Shown: in pieces, positions 1-10,140 of the stretch
Position numbering within the stretch: the first letter of the stretch is position 1
How the letters are laid out: each line of letters starts with the position of its first letter
Origin: a virus
DNA: 64,000 nt
Direction: 5' to 3' (one strand)
Virus record (IMG/VR): IMGVR_UViG_3300025407_001359
Made by a program: the position numbers and the translations under genes
The notes under the pieces: model-generated
The model's input: only the letters and a program-made list of their open reading frames with translations
Databases searched by the model: none
What the model was told of the DNA's origin: nothing

Positions 1-2
1 CC

Positions 3-359
3 ACCGGCAAAAAGCGTGGCAAGCAAAAATATGCGTCAGCTGAGGCAAAAAGAAAAGCCGAAATCCTGCGCGAAGAGTGGGAAGCTCTCAAACGTCGTAA
101 CAATATTACCACAGAAAAGAAAACCCGAGCACGTGATATGCGTGGCAATCTAGCTGATACTTATTGCCTCACTGTGCCGCCCGGACGTGACTTGCCACGC
201 ATCACAAGCCGCGATACCGGCTGGGTTCCTTGCACCAAAGGCACAGACAAAGTCTACACCGGCACCAAGGTCAAAGGTATTGGCACTATGCACAAGTCCA
301 ACGCTGTACCCATTTTCTCCGACGAAGAAGCAGTTGAGATAAGTACAATGCGACGTTAA
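3..359 (+). CDS. Conserved phage hypothetical protein, 5'-truncated by the window edge
   Basis: Frame is open from nt 3 ([10 protein letters not shown]...) through the tracked ORF at 138; C-terminal [19 protein letters not shown] resembles a segment seen in large myophage proteins. Confidence 0.6.
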   Translation, partial: TGKKRGKQKYASAEAKRKAEILREEWEALKRRNNITTEKKTRARDMRGNLADTYCLTVPPGRDLPRITSRDTGWVPCTKGTDKVYTGTKVKGIGTMHKSNAVPIFSDEEAVEISTMRR

Positions 360-370
360 AAGGAGATGAC

Positions 371-589
371 TTGGCAAAGGATGATATAATTGAAATGACC
401 GGAGTAGTAGACGAAGTTCTACCAAACGCTATGTTTCGCGTAATACTAGAAAATGGACACAAAATTACTGCCACAATCGGCGGTAGATTAAGACAGCATA
501 ATATACGCATATTATTAGGTGATAGTGTAAATGTAGAAATGAGCACATATGACCTAAGCCGTGGGCGAGTGGTATACCGCAACAAATAA
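371..589 (+). CDS. infA: Translation initiation factor IF-1
   Basis: 72 aa; [24 protein letters not shown]...[26 protein letters not shown] is canonical IF-1; AGGAG SD before a TTG start. Confidence 0.95.
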   Translation: MAKDDIIEMTGVVDEVLPNAMFRVILENGHKITATIGGRLRQHNIRILLGDSVNVEMSTYDLSRGRVVYRNK

Positions 590-596
590 GTACGGT

Positions 597-1223
597 ATGC
601 TAAAACATAAAAAGTTAGGGGTAATTTTTATTGACTGCTGGGACCAACATTGGAATTGGCAAAACCCAGGTGCTCCGCATAATAATTTTTATCACAATAT
701 GATAGACACATTGTCTGAATATGATATAGACAGTTATGTATTTCATAATACTTTTTTAAGTTTAAAATATGTCACTCCCGACGTTGTAAATTATTTCAAA
801 GAATTTGTCAACAACGAACCCAGTGATTCCAACAAACGCCAGGCTGTTATTGACCTACTGAGTGCCACCGGTACTGAACGATTGACCCCTGAATTACACA
901 CCTTATACGAAAATAACAAAAGCATTTATATACCCACATTCAACGGATTTCAACAATGGGTACAAACATCTGGCATTGGTAGATGGATTGTGGTAGGTGC
1001 TCATTGGGGCATTTGTACCCACACAAAACCGTTGGGGTTTGAAAACTTGCTCATTTATAAAAAACAATCTCCGGGTATAAAAATTTTTAGTATTCCCAGT
1101 TGCACAGCAAAATGGACCGACGGTCCCGACAGTGGGGTTACAATTTGCAGTGATATTGACTATGCACAGGACCATTTAAAATGGCAAAAGGTCGGTGATA
1201 ATTTACAAGAATTAATATTATAA
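597..1223 (+). CDS. Hypothetical protein, possibly cysteine-hydrolase/isochorismatase-like fold
   Basis: VIFIDCWDQH near the N-terminus and VVGAHWGICTH later; ATG 597 chosen over GTG 561, which lies inside infA. Confidence 0.4.
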   Translation: MLKHKKLGVIFIDCWDQHWNWQNPGAPHNNFYHNMIDTLSEYDIDSYVFHNTFLSLKYVTPDVVNYFKEFVNNEPSDSNKRQAVIDLLSATGTERLTPELHTLYENNKSIYIPTFNGFQQWVQTSGIGRWIVVGAHWGICTHTKPLGFENLLIYKKQSPGIKIFSIPSCTAKWTDGPDSGVTICSDIDYAQDHLKWQKVGDNLQELIL

Positions 1224-1226
1224 ATA
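1219..1226 (+). promoter_or_regulatory. T4-like late promoter TATAAATA
   Basis: Exact T4 late consensus, 5 nt before the sod ATG. Confidence 0.7.
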
Positions 1227-1231
1227 GTATT

Positions 1232-1777
1232 ATGAACGATATTAGACAAACCTTAGATCTACTAGAAGCAAAAGAAAAAGGCAAACTAGAGCAAATCAAA
1301 CTGCCCTACAGTCGTACTGCTTTGGCTCCTGTTATGAGTTCAGCTGAAATAGACTTGCACTATGGTAAACTATACAAAGGCTATGTGGATCGTTACAACA
1401 AGGGTGAAGGTGACGCCAAGTTTAACGAAGCCGGGGCATACTTACACAGTATATTTTTTAGCCAATTCAAACATCCGGGTAGCCAAAAACCACACGGACG
1501 TATTGCCGACATCATCAATTATCATCACACAAACTTTGTAGATTTCAAAAAGTCCTTTATCGAAGAAGCAATGAAAGTACAAGGGTCGGGTTGGATTTAT
1601 CTCAGCAAGAGCGGTCAGATCAAAACCATTCGCAATCACGCTGTACGTTCAGATATAGCACTATTGATTGATATGTGGGAACACGCTTATCAAAACGATT
1701 ACGGTTCAAACAAGAAAAAATATTTAGAAAACATTTGGCGTATCATTGACTGGAGCGCCGTTAACAGAAGATTATGA
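1232..1777 (+). CDS. sod: Fe/Mn superoxide dismutase
   Basis: [26 protein letters not shown] and DMWEHAY metal-ligand motifs. Confidence 0.92.
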   Translation: MNDIRQTLDLLEAKEKGKLEQIKLPYSRTALAPVMSSAEIDLHYGKLYKGYVDRYNKGEGDAKFNEAGAYLHSIFFSQFKHPGSQKPHGRIADIINYHHTNFVDFKKSFIEEAMKVQGSGWIYLSKSGQIKTIRNHAVRSDIALLIDMWEHAYQNDYGSNKKKYLENIWRIIDWSAVNRRL

Positions 1778-2100
1778 TAACAATTACAGATTCAGCCGTA
1801 GCAAAATTACGAGACATACTGGCAGAAGAATCCAATCCTGATCTTAAACTTCGTGTTTTTGTTCAAGGTGGCGGTTGTTCGGGTATGCAGTACGGATTTA
1901 CCTTGGACGAAACAGTCAACGAAGATGACTTTGATCTTGACATTGACAATATACACGTACTGGTAGATTCGATGAGCGGTAGCTATCTACAAGGTGCCGA
2001 GATTGACTACCGAGAAGACCAATACGGCTCACAATTCAGCATCAAAAACCCCAACGCAGTCACCACCTGCGGTTGCGGATCTAGTTTTAGTCCGGGATAA
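1774..2100 (+). CDS. erpA: A-type Fe-S carrier protein (ErpA/IscA/HesB)
   Basis: [17 protein letters not shown] and TCGCGSSF motifs. Confidence 0.92.
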   Translation: MITITDSAVAKLRDILAEESNPDLKLRVFVQGGGCSGMQYGFTLDETVNEDDFDLDIDNIHVLVDSMSGSYLQGAEIDYREDQYGSQFSIKNPNAVTTCGCGSSFSPG

Positions 2101-2144
2101 TATACCCACATAATTCCTGTGCAAACCTGGCTTTAGCCAATTCC

Positions 2145-2152
2145 GATAAATA
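2145..2152 (+). promoter_or_regulatory. Late promoter GATAAATA
   Basis: TAAATA core upstream of the tail-fibre/baseplate operon. Confidence 0.6.
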
Positions 2153-2176
2153 ACAGTATTACTCGGGATTATAGTT

Positions 2177-5100
2177 ATGGCATTATGGACAGGGGCAATT
2201 CAAAAAGTTAATGAAGGTTTTGCGGCCAACGACGGCTCTGGCGATACCATTCGTGCGGCGTTTATTAAAACCGACACCAGCTTTGCAGCAATCAATAGCT
2301 TTTTAAGCGCAACAACACAGGATTTTCTCAATGCCAATGTTAGTGGTCTATTGCAGTCCAACATTGGATCTTTTGTAAACGTAAACACTATCAACTTTGT
2401 TGCAACCACGGCCAACATCGCACACATCAATGGTTTGTTGGGATTGACAGTGGGTGGAGATGTTACAGTTACCGGTAACGTAACAGCTACCAATACTGTT
2501 TCAGCCACAACACTGACTGCCAACACACTACAAGCTGCCACACTTGGCTCCAACATTGGCCTAAACAATTACAGCATTGTCGGCAACGGAAATGTTGCAA
2601 TCACCGGCACAGTAGGTGCTACCAATGTTGTCAGCACCAATGCCACAGTAAACGGCACAGCCACAGTACAAAATTTAACAGTACAAGGCAACTTGGTAGC
2701 CAACGCTGGTTTGGTTGTTACTTCTTCTATTGTGCCAAGCGGAAACTTACAATACGACCTAGGCAGCCCTACAAACTTTTTCCGTAATGTTTATTCTGCA
2801 GGCCTGGTAGAAGTCAACACAGTTGTATTAAACAACAACAATAACATATTGAGATTGCACTCAAATATACCGGTTGGTGACGTCAAAGACGTTGGTATTT
2901 TGGGCGAGTTTAACAAAAACAGTACCAACAGTTTTGCTTATTTTGGTTACCAATATTCAACTGACAATTTTGTTTACAAGATTACCCCAACCGACGCCAC
3001 TGTGGGTTCGGGCATAGTCAGCGACGGAGTATACGGTAACGCACAATTTGGCAGTTTGTTTCTAAGCAACAACACAGCCGGTGGCAATACTTTGGTTGTC
3101 AACAGCGGTGCCGCGATTGCTGGCAATGCCTACAGCGCAAACTTTGTTGGCAATTTGGTTGGTAACTTGACCAGCGGTGCAGCCACTGTTGGCGCACTCA
3201 CTGTCAACACAGTCACAGCCGGCAACGTAACTGCCAACTATCATCTTGGCAACATTGTTTCATCTGTTGCCAACATTACTAATATAAATGCCAATACTGT
3301 CAATGCAACTGGTAACATTTCGTCCAGTTACTATCTTGGCAATATTGTTTCATCTGTTGCCACTGTTGCAAACCTAACAGTTGGCTCAGTGGTTGGCAAT
3401 TTGGCTGTCAACGGAATCATTTCCAGCACTGGCGACGCAACTGTCACCGGCAATGTGGTTGCTGGCAATCGTTTGGTTGGTAATATTACCAGTACCGCTG
3501 CCAACGTTTCAACATTGACAGTTGGTAGTGTCAGTGGCAATTTGTCAGTAACTGGCAACGTGACCAGTGGTGGTTTCCAAGTATTGACCATTAACAATTT
3601 TTCACAGTATCTGCCAGCTTTGAACAATGCTACCAACGTTGTTGGCGACAGTTACTTTACCGGTAATATGACGGTCAGCGGCATTGCTGGATTTAAAACA
3701 GCCAGCAACATTTATGCTGGCTACGGATCCGGTGCTCCATTTGGATTCTACGGTAACCTATACGGACTGGTTACCAATCCAGTACAGACTGGTATTACCA
3801 CAGTTGGTACTCTTGGTAATTTGTCAATCACTGGCACAACTACCACTGGCACATTGAATGTCAACACTCTTAATGTACAAACTGGTGCAACTATAAGCGG
3901 CGCATTGTCGGCAGGTACTACTACAGTTGCTGGTTTAAGTGCTAGTTCATTGACTGTCTCGGGCAACACCACCGTAAATAATCTTGCTGTTACCGGAACA
4001 ATCAGTACCGGAACCACTATTAGTGCCAGTGCAACCAGCAATTCCTTAACCAGTGGCAATATTACAGTAACTGGCAACGTAACCAGTAACAATGCCAGTG
4101 TTACCAATACCATAAGCACCAACAACATTGCAGTCACCAGCAACGTAACTGCTGGTAACGTGGTGGCCACAGCAATTTATTCTAATGGATATCGATTTGC
4201 TAACGGTGCGGCGTTTGTATCTACTACACTGGCCAATACCGCAGAGATTACAGCCAACATAGCCAGTGGTGCCAATGCTGGATTCAATTTGGTTGCTTCG
4301 GGTGTCTCGGCAGGCACATATGGTTCATCTACCACAGTACCTGTGATTGCCGTTGATGCCAAAGGGCGCATTACTTCCGCAACCACTGCCAGCATTGCTG
4401 GCTCATTGACCTTTACTGGTGATGCAACTGGTTCAGGCAATGTGGGCGGTTCAACAGCGTTGACCTTGGCTGCCTCAGGTGTCACAGCAGGCACATATGG
4501 TTCGGCTACCAGTATTCCAACCATTGCAGTTGACGCCAAAGGCCGTATTACTAGCGTAACTACCAATACTGTCAGCAGTACGTTGAACATTGCTGGCACT
4601 ACAGGAACTGGCTCAGTTGGTTTATTAACCGGTACCTTGACAGTAACTGGCGCCACCGGCGTGTCGGTAGCGGCCTCGGGCAGCACTCTTACTGTTAGTC
4701 CACCACAGGACTTACGTGCAACTGCTACACCAACATTTAATGGCCTGGTTACCACAAGTCATACTAGCACCAGTTTAACCGCTACCAACATCAACATTGT
4801 TACCAGCATTGTTCCAACTGTCAATAACACAGTTAATATTGGCGGCAGTGGCAGTAACTTTGCCACAGTATATGCACAAACATTCAGTGGTACAGCAACC
4901 ACAGCCAACTATGCTGACTTGGCAGAAATTTATGCAGCCGATGCCGAGTATGCACCGGGTACTGTTGTGATATTTGGTGGCGATAAAGAAATCACAACCA
5001 CTACACAATTCGCTGACGTTGCAGTGGCTGGTGCAATATCCACCGATCCTGCTTACCTGATGAATAATGCAGCGGAAGGTTTACCTGTTGCCTTGCGTGG

Positions 5101-5284
5101 ACGTGTTCCTGTGCAAGTGGTTGGACCAGTACGCAAAGGCGACCTGTTGGTAACAGCCGGTGCCACGCCAGGTTACGCTGTCAGCGTGGGTCGTAGCACA
5201 GACTATCCGTTGGCAGTATTTGCCAAGGCATTGGAAACCAATCCGGCTGAAGGCGCAAAAACGATTGAAGCGGTAATTATATAA
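2177..5284 (+). CDS. Long tail-fibre-like virion protein
   Basis: 1035 aa, very rich in G/N/T/V/A with beta-helix-like repeats; N-terminal NDGSGDTIRAAF; C-terminal ADLAEIY...PGTVV...ALRGRVPV chaperone-like tail. Confidence 0.75.
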   Translation: MALWTGAIQKVNEGFAANDGSGDTIRAAFIKTDTSFAAINSFLSATTQDFLNANVSGLLQSNIGSFVNVNTINFVATTANIAHINGLLGLTVGGDVTVTGNVTATNTVSATTLTANTLQAATLGSNIGLNNYSIVGNGNVAITGTVGATNVVSTNATVNGTATVQNLTVQGNLVANAGLVVTSSIVPSGNLQYDLGSPTNFFRNVYSAGLVEVNTVVLNNNNNILRLHSNIPVGDVKDVGILGEFNKNSTNSFAYFGYQYSTDNFVYKITPTDATVGSGIVSDGVYGNAQFGSLFLSNNTAGGNTLVVNSGAAIAGNAYSANFVGNLVGNLTSGAATVGALTVNTVTAGNVTANYHLGNIVSSVANITNINANTVNATGNISSSYYLGNIVSSVATVANLTVGSVVGNLAVNGIISSTGDATVTGNVVAGNRLVGNITSTAANVSTLTVGSVSGNLSVTGNVTSGGFQVLTINNFSQYLPALNNATNVVGDSYFTGNMTVSGIAGFKTASNIYAGYGSGAPFGFYGNLYGLVTNPVQTGITTVGTLGNLSITGTTTTGTLNVNTLNVQTGATISGALSAGTTTVAGLSASSLTVSGNTTVNNLAVTGTISTGTTISASATSNSLTSGNITVTGNVTSNNASVTNTISTNNIAVTSNVTAGNVVATAIYSNGYRFANGAAFVSTTLANTAEITANIASGANAGFNLVASGVSAGTYGSSTTVPVIAVDAKGRITSATTASIAGSLTFTGDATGSGNVGGSTALTLAASGVTAGTYGSATSIPTIAVDAKGRITSVTTNTVSSTLNIAGTTGTGSVGLLTGTLTVTGATGVSVAASGSTLTVSPPQDLRATATPTFNGLVTTSHTSTSLTATNINIVTSIVPTVNNTVNIGGSGSNFATVYAQTFSGTATTANYADLAEIYAADAEYAPGTVVIFGGDKEITTTTQFADVAVAGAISTDPAYLMNNAAEGLPVALRGRVPVQVVGPVRKGDLLVTAGATPGYAVSVGRSTDYPLAVFAKALETNPAEGAKTIEAVII

Positions 5285-5285
5285 T

Positions 5286-8200
5286 ATGGCACTAACTTGG
5301 GTAACACCACCGGGGTCTCTTGCTAATTTTTTAATTGGCTATCCATCTGAAATTCACGTGCTAGCCACTGATGCATTAAACCCAGGCACATCATTGACTT
5401 ATACCGTAATATCAGGTACATTGCCACCTGGTATGACAATGGATGCGACCGGATATATTTCTGGAACCCCTGAATACAGTACTGCATCAAACAATTTGTT
5501 TACAAAACTGCCGTACGCATTTGTTGTTAGAGCCAGCGATGGTGCAGGCAATATACTTGATGGTGGTTTTACTATCATTATTTCCAACACGTTCAACAAT
5601 AATTTTTACTGGGTAACACCGGCAGGTTCGTTGGGTACCATTCCCAACGGAGAATTTTATTCATTGCCTTTGCAGGCCATTGACGTACATAATCGCACAG
5701 TGACTTACAGTTTTATTTCAGGTGAATTACCTCCTGGAATGCAAGTGGTGGCCACAGGGTCATTACAGGGCGTTCCAACCTTGACCAGTGCTACACAAGT
5801 TAACGACAGTCAAAACTTTCGTTTTACCATACGTGCAACCAATGCCAATGGCAACATTAGCGATCAAGCATTTGATATCACTGTCACCAATGTGTTTGGT
5901 CCAGTTATTGAGCCGGCCACTTCTTTCTTGGGCAGTTTCTTCGACGGCAGTTATTATAAACAACAGTTGTCGGTCAATGAATTAAACACCAATGTAAACA
6001 TCAACTGGAGTCTGGTACAAGGCGAATTGCCAGTGGGTTTAACATTGGATTCCAACGGGTTGATCAGCGGCTACATACATCCTGTACAAATAATTGGATC
6101 GTATGGGCCAGCAAATTATGACAGTTATGTGGTTGATCCAGCTAGCAATACCATCACACAACGAGCACTATACGACGGCGGACCTTACGAATTCAATCAG
6201 GTCAATCAAAACTTAGCATACAATTTTACCATTCAAGCATTTGATGGTGCCAACTATGACATACAGTCATACACTATCAACATCATCAGTCGCGGCGGAT
6301 TTACCGCTGACAGTACTGTTACTGTGGACAACGATCTTATCAGTATTGACTCTACCAACATTTATGCTCCAGTGTTGCTAAACACCAGTAAAAATTTACC
6401 TGTGGCTCGTCAAGACAGTTACTACGCATTTAAATTTGATGGTATTGATTTCCAAGACGACACCCTAACTTATAATATTGCCAATGTGACAGGAACCTAT
6501 GATTCATATGTGACTGGCATTGATGAAGGATTTGACTACGCACCATTTGACAGTTTTACTGGTGGTGCTGGTACATCAAACTTGCCTGGAGTTATATTGG
6601 ATGCACAGTCTGGTTGGTTATATGGCAAGGTTAGCCCACAGAACACCAGTATACAAACATACACATTTGGTGTATATGTAAGCAAAGTAAGAAACACTGT
6701 GGTGTGGACCAGCCCCACTGTGTTTTTTAATTTTTCAGTCCTAGGCGACGTAAACAATGTGGTCAAATGGATTACGCCCAGTGACCTAGGAACCATCAAC
6801 AACGGCGCAACCAGCGAATTGTATTTGGAAGCCAAGAGTGTGTTGAACAAGCCGTTGATGTATCGATTGTACGATGGCGCCGGTGTTTCTTGTCATTTGC
6901 CACAGGGTTTAAAATTGTTACCTTCGGGAGAAATCAGTGGACGAGTCAGCTTTGAATTGTTTACTGTGGACAATTACCAAACCACATTTGACAAAAATTC
7001 AATGTCGTTTGATCGCAAGTACGAGTTTACAGTGATTGCCGAAACCGACGACGGTACTGCCGAATCTATACAACAATTCAGTCTCACTGTAAGCGAAGTA
7101 GACAAAAAGCCTTACGAGAATTTATATCTCAAAGCAATGCCAGCTTTGGATCAAAGAAAAATTTATACCAGTGTAATTTCAGATCCTGAAATTTTTAATC
7201 CTGCGTTGATCTATAGACCAACTGATCCATACTATGGTGTTAAGACCGATATTGAAATGTTGTTTATGTCAGGATTGAATCCGTCATCGTTGAATCAATA
7301 CGAAACAGCAATGATCAGAAACCATTATACCAAACGTTACAATTTTGGCGATATAAAAACTGCTGTGGTGTTGGACGACAATTTTAAAGTCAAATATGAG
7401 GTGGTTTATATAGACCTAATTGACCCTGAAGAAGATGCCAACGGAAATGGTCCACCATTGGAGATTGATCAAAATGGCCTGACCATTTATCCAAATACCA
7501 GTGCTGATATGGTTCAGCGGATTGCCAGCGGCTTGGGTTACAATGATCAAAGCACACTACCAACTTGGATGACCAGCAATCAACCCGATCCTACAAACGC
7601 CAGCAAGTTTAAAACACCACTGGGATATACCAAAGCTGTGGTAATGGCCTACACCAAACCAGGTGCAAGTAGTTTGATAGCTTATAGATTACGAAACACA
7701 GGAATCAATTTTAATCGAATAGAATTTGCTGTGAATCGCTATCAACTTGACAACTATTACAGCACATACTATGACATCAACAGTGGCAACTATGTACGTA
7801 TGCCTCAAACTACCTTTGACAATCAAGCAGTCAACAACATTGGTCAAATTATAGCAACGGTAGACTACGGAGTTACTGTACCTTTCAGTGAAATCAATGG
7901 AAGACCTGTGGATTATATCAATGCCAACGGCGGCATTGATGGATCAACCGCCTATCGCAATGGTGAACGATTGATTTTTGTCAAACAAGAGAATTTTAGA
8001 CAAAACTTGCCGTATTCGGGTTGGGTAGACTATACTGGAGTTTATCTGGGCGATGATGTCACCACATCAGCCGTTGAAGGATACGATGACACTCCTTACG
8101 ATCCTTATCACGTTGTACCAGGCTATTTAGAAAAGAATCAAAATATTGCCAGTGCCACTGTAATTGCTACACAGTCAAACGCTGCGGCCAATAATCTCAC

Positions 8201-8726
8201 TGTGGACAGCACCGAAGGATTAGTTGTAGGTACTGGTATTGTGTTCACCGGCGTTATGTTTGGCGGATTGGTCAACGGTACCACTTATTACATTGCCAGT
8301 GTTGTAGATCATACTCACATTACCTTAAGCACGACCGGCGACTTGAAAAATATTGTTGCGTTTCCTAATGCTGCTGGACAAATGATTGGTAAAAATTATG
8401 TTAACCAACGCGGCGGTGTATGGCAAATCAACATCATTGACGGAATAGTAAATTTACAATTTGTACAGGAAATTGATGTAAATCAAAGAATACGTATTAC
8501 CAAAGGCAGTACATATTCTGGGTCAATTGTGTATTACAGTCTTGATTTGAGTCCAGGACAAAGTGCTCCATTTTACACCATATACAATGTTAAACCAACG
8601 TCTACATCTACCAGAACCACATTCAACGGAGATACTACCAGATTCTTCAACTATAGAGATCAGTATTACAAGCCTGGTTCCCAGGATAAATATGTTGAAT
8701 TCCCACAAATCGGAGTATTTAACTAA
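5286..8726 (+). CDS. Large virion structural protein with Ig-like repeats (baseplate wedge-like)
   Basis: 1146 aa; repeated W.TP.GSL and SG.LPPG...G.ISG.P Ig-like units. Confidence 0.65.
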   Translation: MALTWVTPPGSLANFLIGYPSEIHVLATDALNPGTSLTYTVISGTLPPGMTMDATGYISGTPEYSTASNNLFTKLPYAFVVRASDGAGNILDGGFTIIISNTFNNNFYWVTPAGSLGTIPNGEFYSLPLQAIDVHNRTVTYSFISGELPPGMQVVATGSLQGVPTLTSATQVNDSQNFRFTIRATNANGNISDQAFDITVTNVFGPVIEPATSFLGSFFDGSYYKQQLSVNELNTNVNINWSLVQGELPVGLTLDSNGLISGYIHPVQIIGSYGPANYDSYVVDPASNTITQRALYDGGPYEFNQVNQNLAYNFTIQAFDGANYDIQSYTINIISRGGFTADSTVTVDNDLISIDSTNIYAPVLLNTSKNLPVARQDSYYAFKFDGIDFQDDTLTYNIANVTGTYDSYVTGIDEGFDYAPFDSFTGGAGTSNLPGVILDAQSGWLYGKVSPQNTSIQTYTFGVYVSKVRNTVVWTSPTVFFNFSVLGDVNNVVKWITPSDLGTINNGATSELYLEAKSVLNKPLMYRLYDGAGVSCHLPQGLKLLPSGEISGRVSFELFTVDNYQTTFDKNSMSFDRKYEFTVIAETDDGTAESIQQFSLTVSEVDKKPYENLYLKAMPALDQRKIYTSVISDPEIFNPALIYRPTDPYYGVKTDIEMLFMSGLNPSSLNQYETAMIRNHYTKRYNFGDIKTAVVLDDNFKVKYEVVYIDLIDPEEDANGNGPPLEIDQNGLTIYPNTSADMVQRIASGLGYNDQSTLPTWMTSNQPDPTNASKFKTPLGYTKAVVMAYTKPGASSLIAYRLRNTGINFNRIEFAVNRYQLDNYYSTYYDINSGNYVRMPQTTFDNQAVNNIGQIIATVDYGVTVPFSEINGRPVDYINANGGIDGSTAYRNGERLIFVKQENFRQNLPYSGWVDYTGVYLGDDVTTSAVEGYDDTPYDPYHVVPGYLEKNQNIASATVIATQSNAAANNLTVDSTEGLVVGTGIVFTGVMFGGLVNGTTYYIASVVDHTHITLSTTGDLKNIVAFPNAAGQMIGKNYVNQRGGVWQINIIDGIVNLQFVQEIDVNQRIRITKGSTYSGSIVYYSLDLSPGQSAPFYTIYNVKPTSTSTRTTFNGDTTRFFNYRDQYYKPGSQDKYVEFPQIGVFN

Positions 8727-9034
8727 TGGCATCACAGATTAATCCAACCAACATAGACATTACCTACCCAATTGCAGGGCAGGACAATGACACACAAGGA
8801 TTTCGTACTAATTTTACGAATATTAAAAATAATTTTGCTACCGCTGCTTCTGAGATTAGCCAACTACAGGCCAATTCTTCTGTTTCGGTCACTACTACAC
8901 ATATTCCATCCAGCAACAGCGCCGTTGGTGTACCGGGTACAATAGCATACAGCACATCGTATTTGTATGTTTGTATAGCCACAGATACTTGGTTACGTGC
9001 TAACCTGGCAACTTGGAGTGGGCCCGGCGTCTAA
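8726..9034 (+). CDS. Short virion protein, paralog of the next gene
   Basis: Shares N-terminal INP.NID..P.AGQDN..QGFR.NFTNIKNNF and C-terminal WLRANL with 9052..9846. Confidence 0.7.
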   Translation: MASQINPTNIDITYPIAGQDNDTQGFRTNFTNIKNNFATAASEISQLQANSSVSVTTTHIPSSNSAVGVPGTIAYSTSYLYVCIATDTWLRANLATWSGPGV

Positions 9035-9051
9035 CACATAGGATAATCTAA

Positions 9052-9846
9052 ATGTCATCAAATATCAATCCATACAACATTGACGGTACTTTTCCAGTAG
9101 CAGGACAGGACAACTCCAGTCAAGGTTTTCGTGACAACTTTACCAACATCAAAAATAACTTTGCCTTTGCACAGAGCGAAATTAACGATTTACAGTCTAA
9201 GGCTATTTTAACTTCTGCACTGAGTGGACAAACCATCAGCAACGATATGGCTGGTACACAAATTGTGCGCCCACAACTACGTGCTTGGACCGAAGCCTAT
9301 TTGGATTTGGGTTTAATCAGCACCGGTGTTGCATCGTTGGATTTTACACAGGCTTCGGTATACAAATTTGAAACTGGTGGTCCAGTGGTCATTTCTTTTC
9401 CAACTGGTACTTGGCCTGCGGTAACCGGTCAAGGTGCCTTGGGTTATGGATCTTTGCGACTATGGGTTACAGTAACTGACACAGCTCACACTATCACATT
9501 GCCGGCCAGCGTTACCATTGGTGCCAACGATCTTGTTGGGTACAATGCCGCAACACACACTATCAGTTTTTCTGCAACCGGCACTTATGTTTACGATTTC
9601 AGCAGTACCGACAATGCCACCAATTTCCTAATTGATGATCCTGTTCGCGGACGTCGTGCTGTACGTGACAATTTAACTATAAGTGGTAATTTGACAGTGG
9701 GCAGAAATACTGTGATATCTAACAGTTACATACCAACCAGTTCAAATAGTGCTGGCACCACAGGACAAATCAGTTACGACAGTAGCCACGTTTATATTTG
9801 CGTTGGTACAAACAACTGGTTACGAGCCAATCTCACTGCATTCTAA
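9052..9846 (+). CDS. Virion structural/tail protein
   Basis: 264 aa in the late operon; paralogous to 8726..9034. Confidence 0.7.
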   Translation: MSSNINPYNIDGTFPVAGQDNSSQGFRDNFTNIKNNFAFAQSEINDLQSKAILTSALSGQTISNDMAGTQIVRPQLRAWTEAYLDLGLISTGVASLDFTQASVYKFETGGPVVISFPTGTWPAVTGQGALGYGSLRLWVTVTDTAHTITLPASVTIGANDLVGYNAATHTISFSATGTYVYDFSSTDNATNFLIDDPVRGRRAVRDNLTISGNLTVGRNTVISNSYIPTSSNSAGTTGQISYDSSHVYICVGTNNWLRANLTAF

Positions 9847-9853
9847 AAATCAT

Positions 9854-9882
9854 TTGACTTTGTCCAAAAGTTCACGTATACT
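9854..9882 (+). promoter_or_regulatory. Sigma70-type promoter
   Basis: TTGACT-17 nt-TATACT, followed by AAGGA SD. Confidence 0.8.
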
Positions 9883-9900
9883 TGAACAAAGGAAACTGTT

Positions 9901-10140
9901 ATGAGTCATCCACTTGCTCCAGATTTAAGTAAATTAACTATTGATGAGTTAAACGCCAAATATGGCGACTTGCTCAAACGTGTGACCTACGCTTATAGGA
10001 TCGGTAACCCAGATATGGTACAACAGCTGCAAATGCTGATGGAAGACTATCGTATGGAACTGGATAATCGCAATCGTAAAGCCCTGGAAGAAATGGAAAA
10101 AAATTCCAAAAACTTTAAAAACATTATTGATATTCAATGA
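9901..10140 (+). CDS. Hypothetical helical protein
   Basis: 79 aa ORF with SD; ATGA overlap with the next gene. Confidence 0.7.
   Translation: MSHPLAPDLSKLTIDELNAKYGDLLKRVTYAYRIGNPDMVQQLQMLMEDYRMELDNRNRKALEEMEKNSKNFKNIIDIQ

Noticed and set aside
2200-5008. Long antisense ORFs under the tail-fibre gene (e.g. 4177-4755, 3748-4170)
   Set aside because: They are V/P/L/A-rich mirror translations caused by the biased codons of the sense gene; no SD or motifs.
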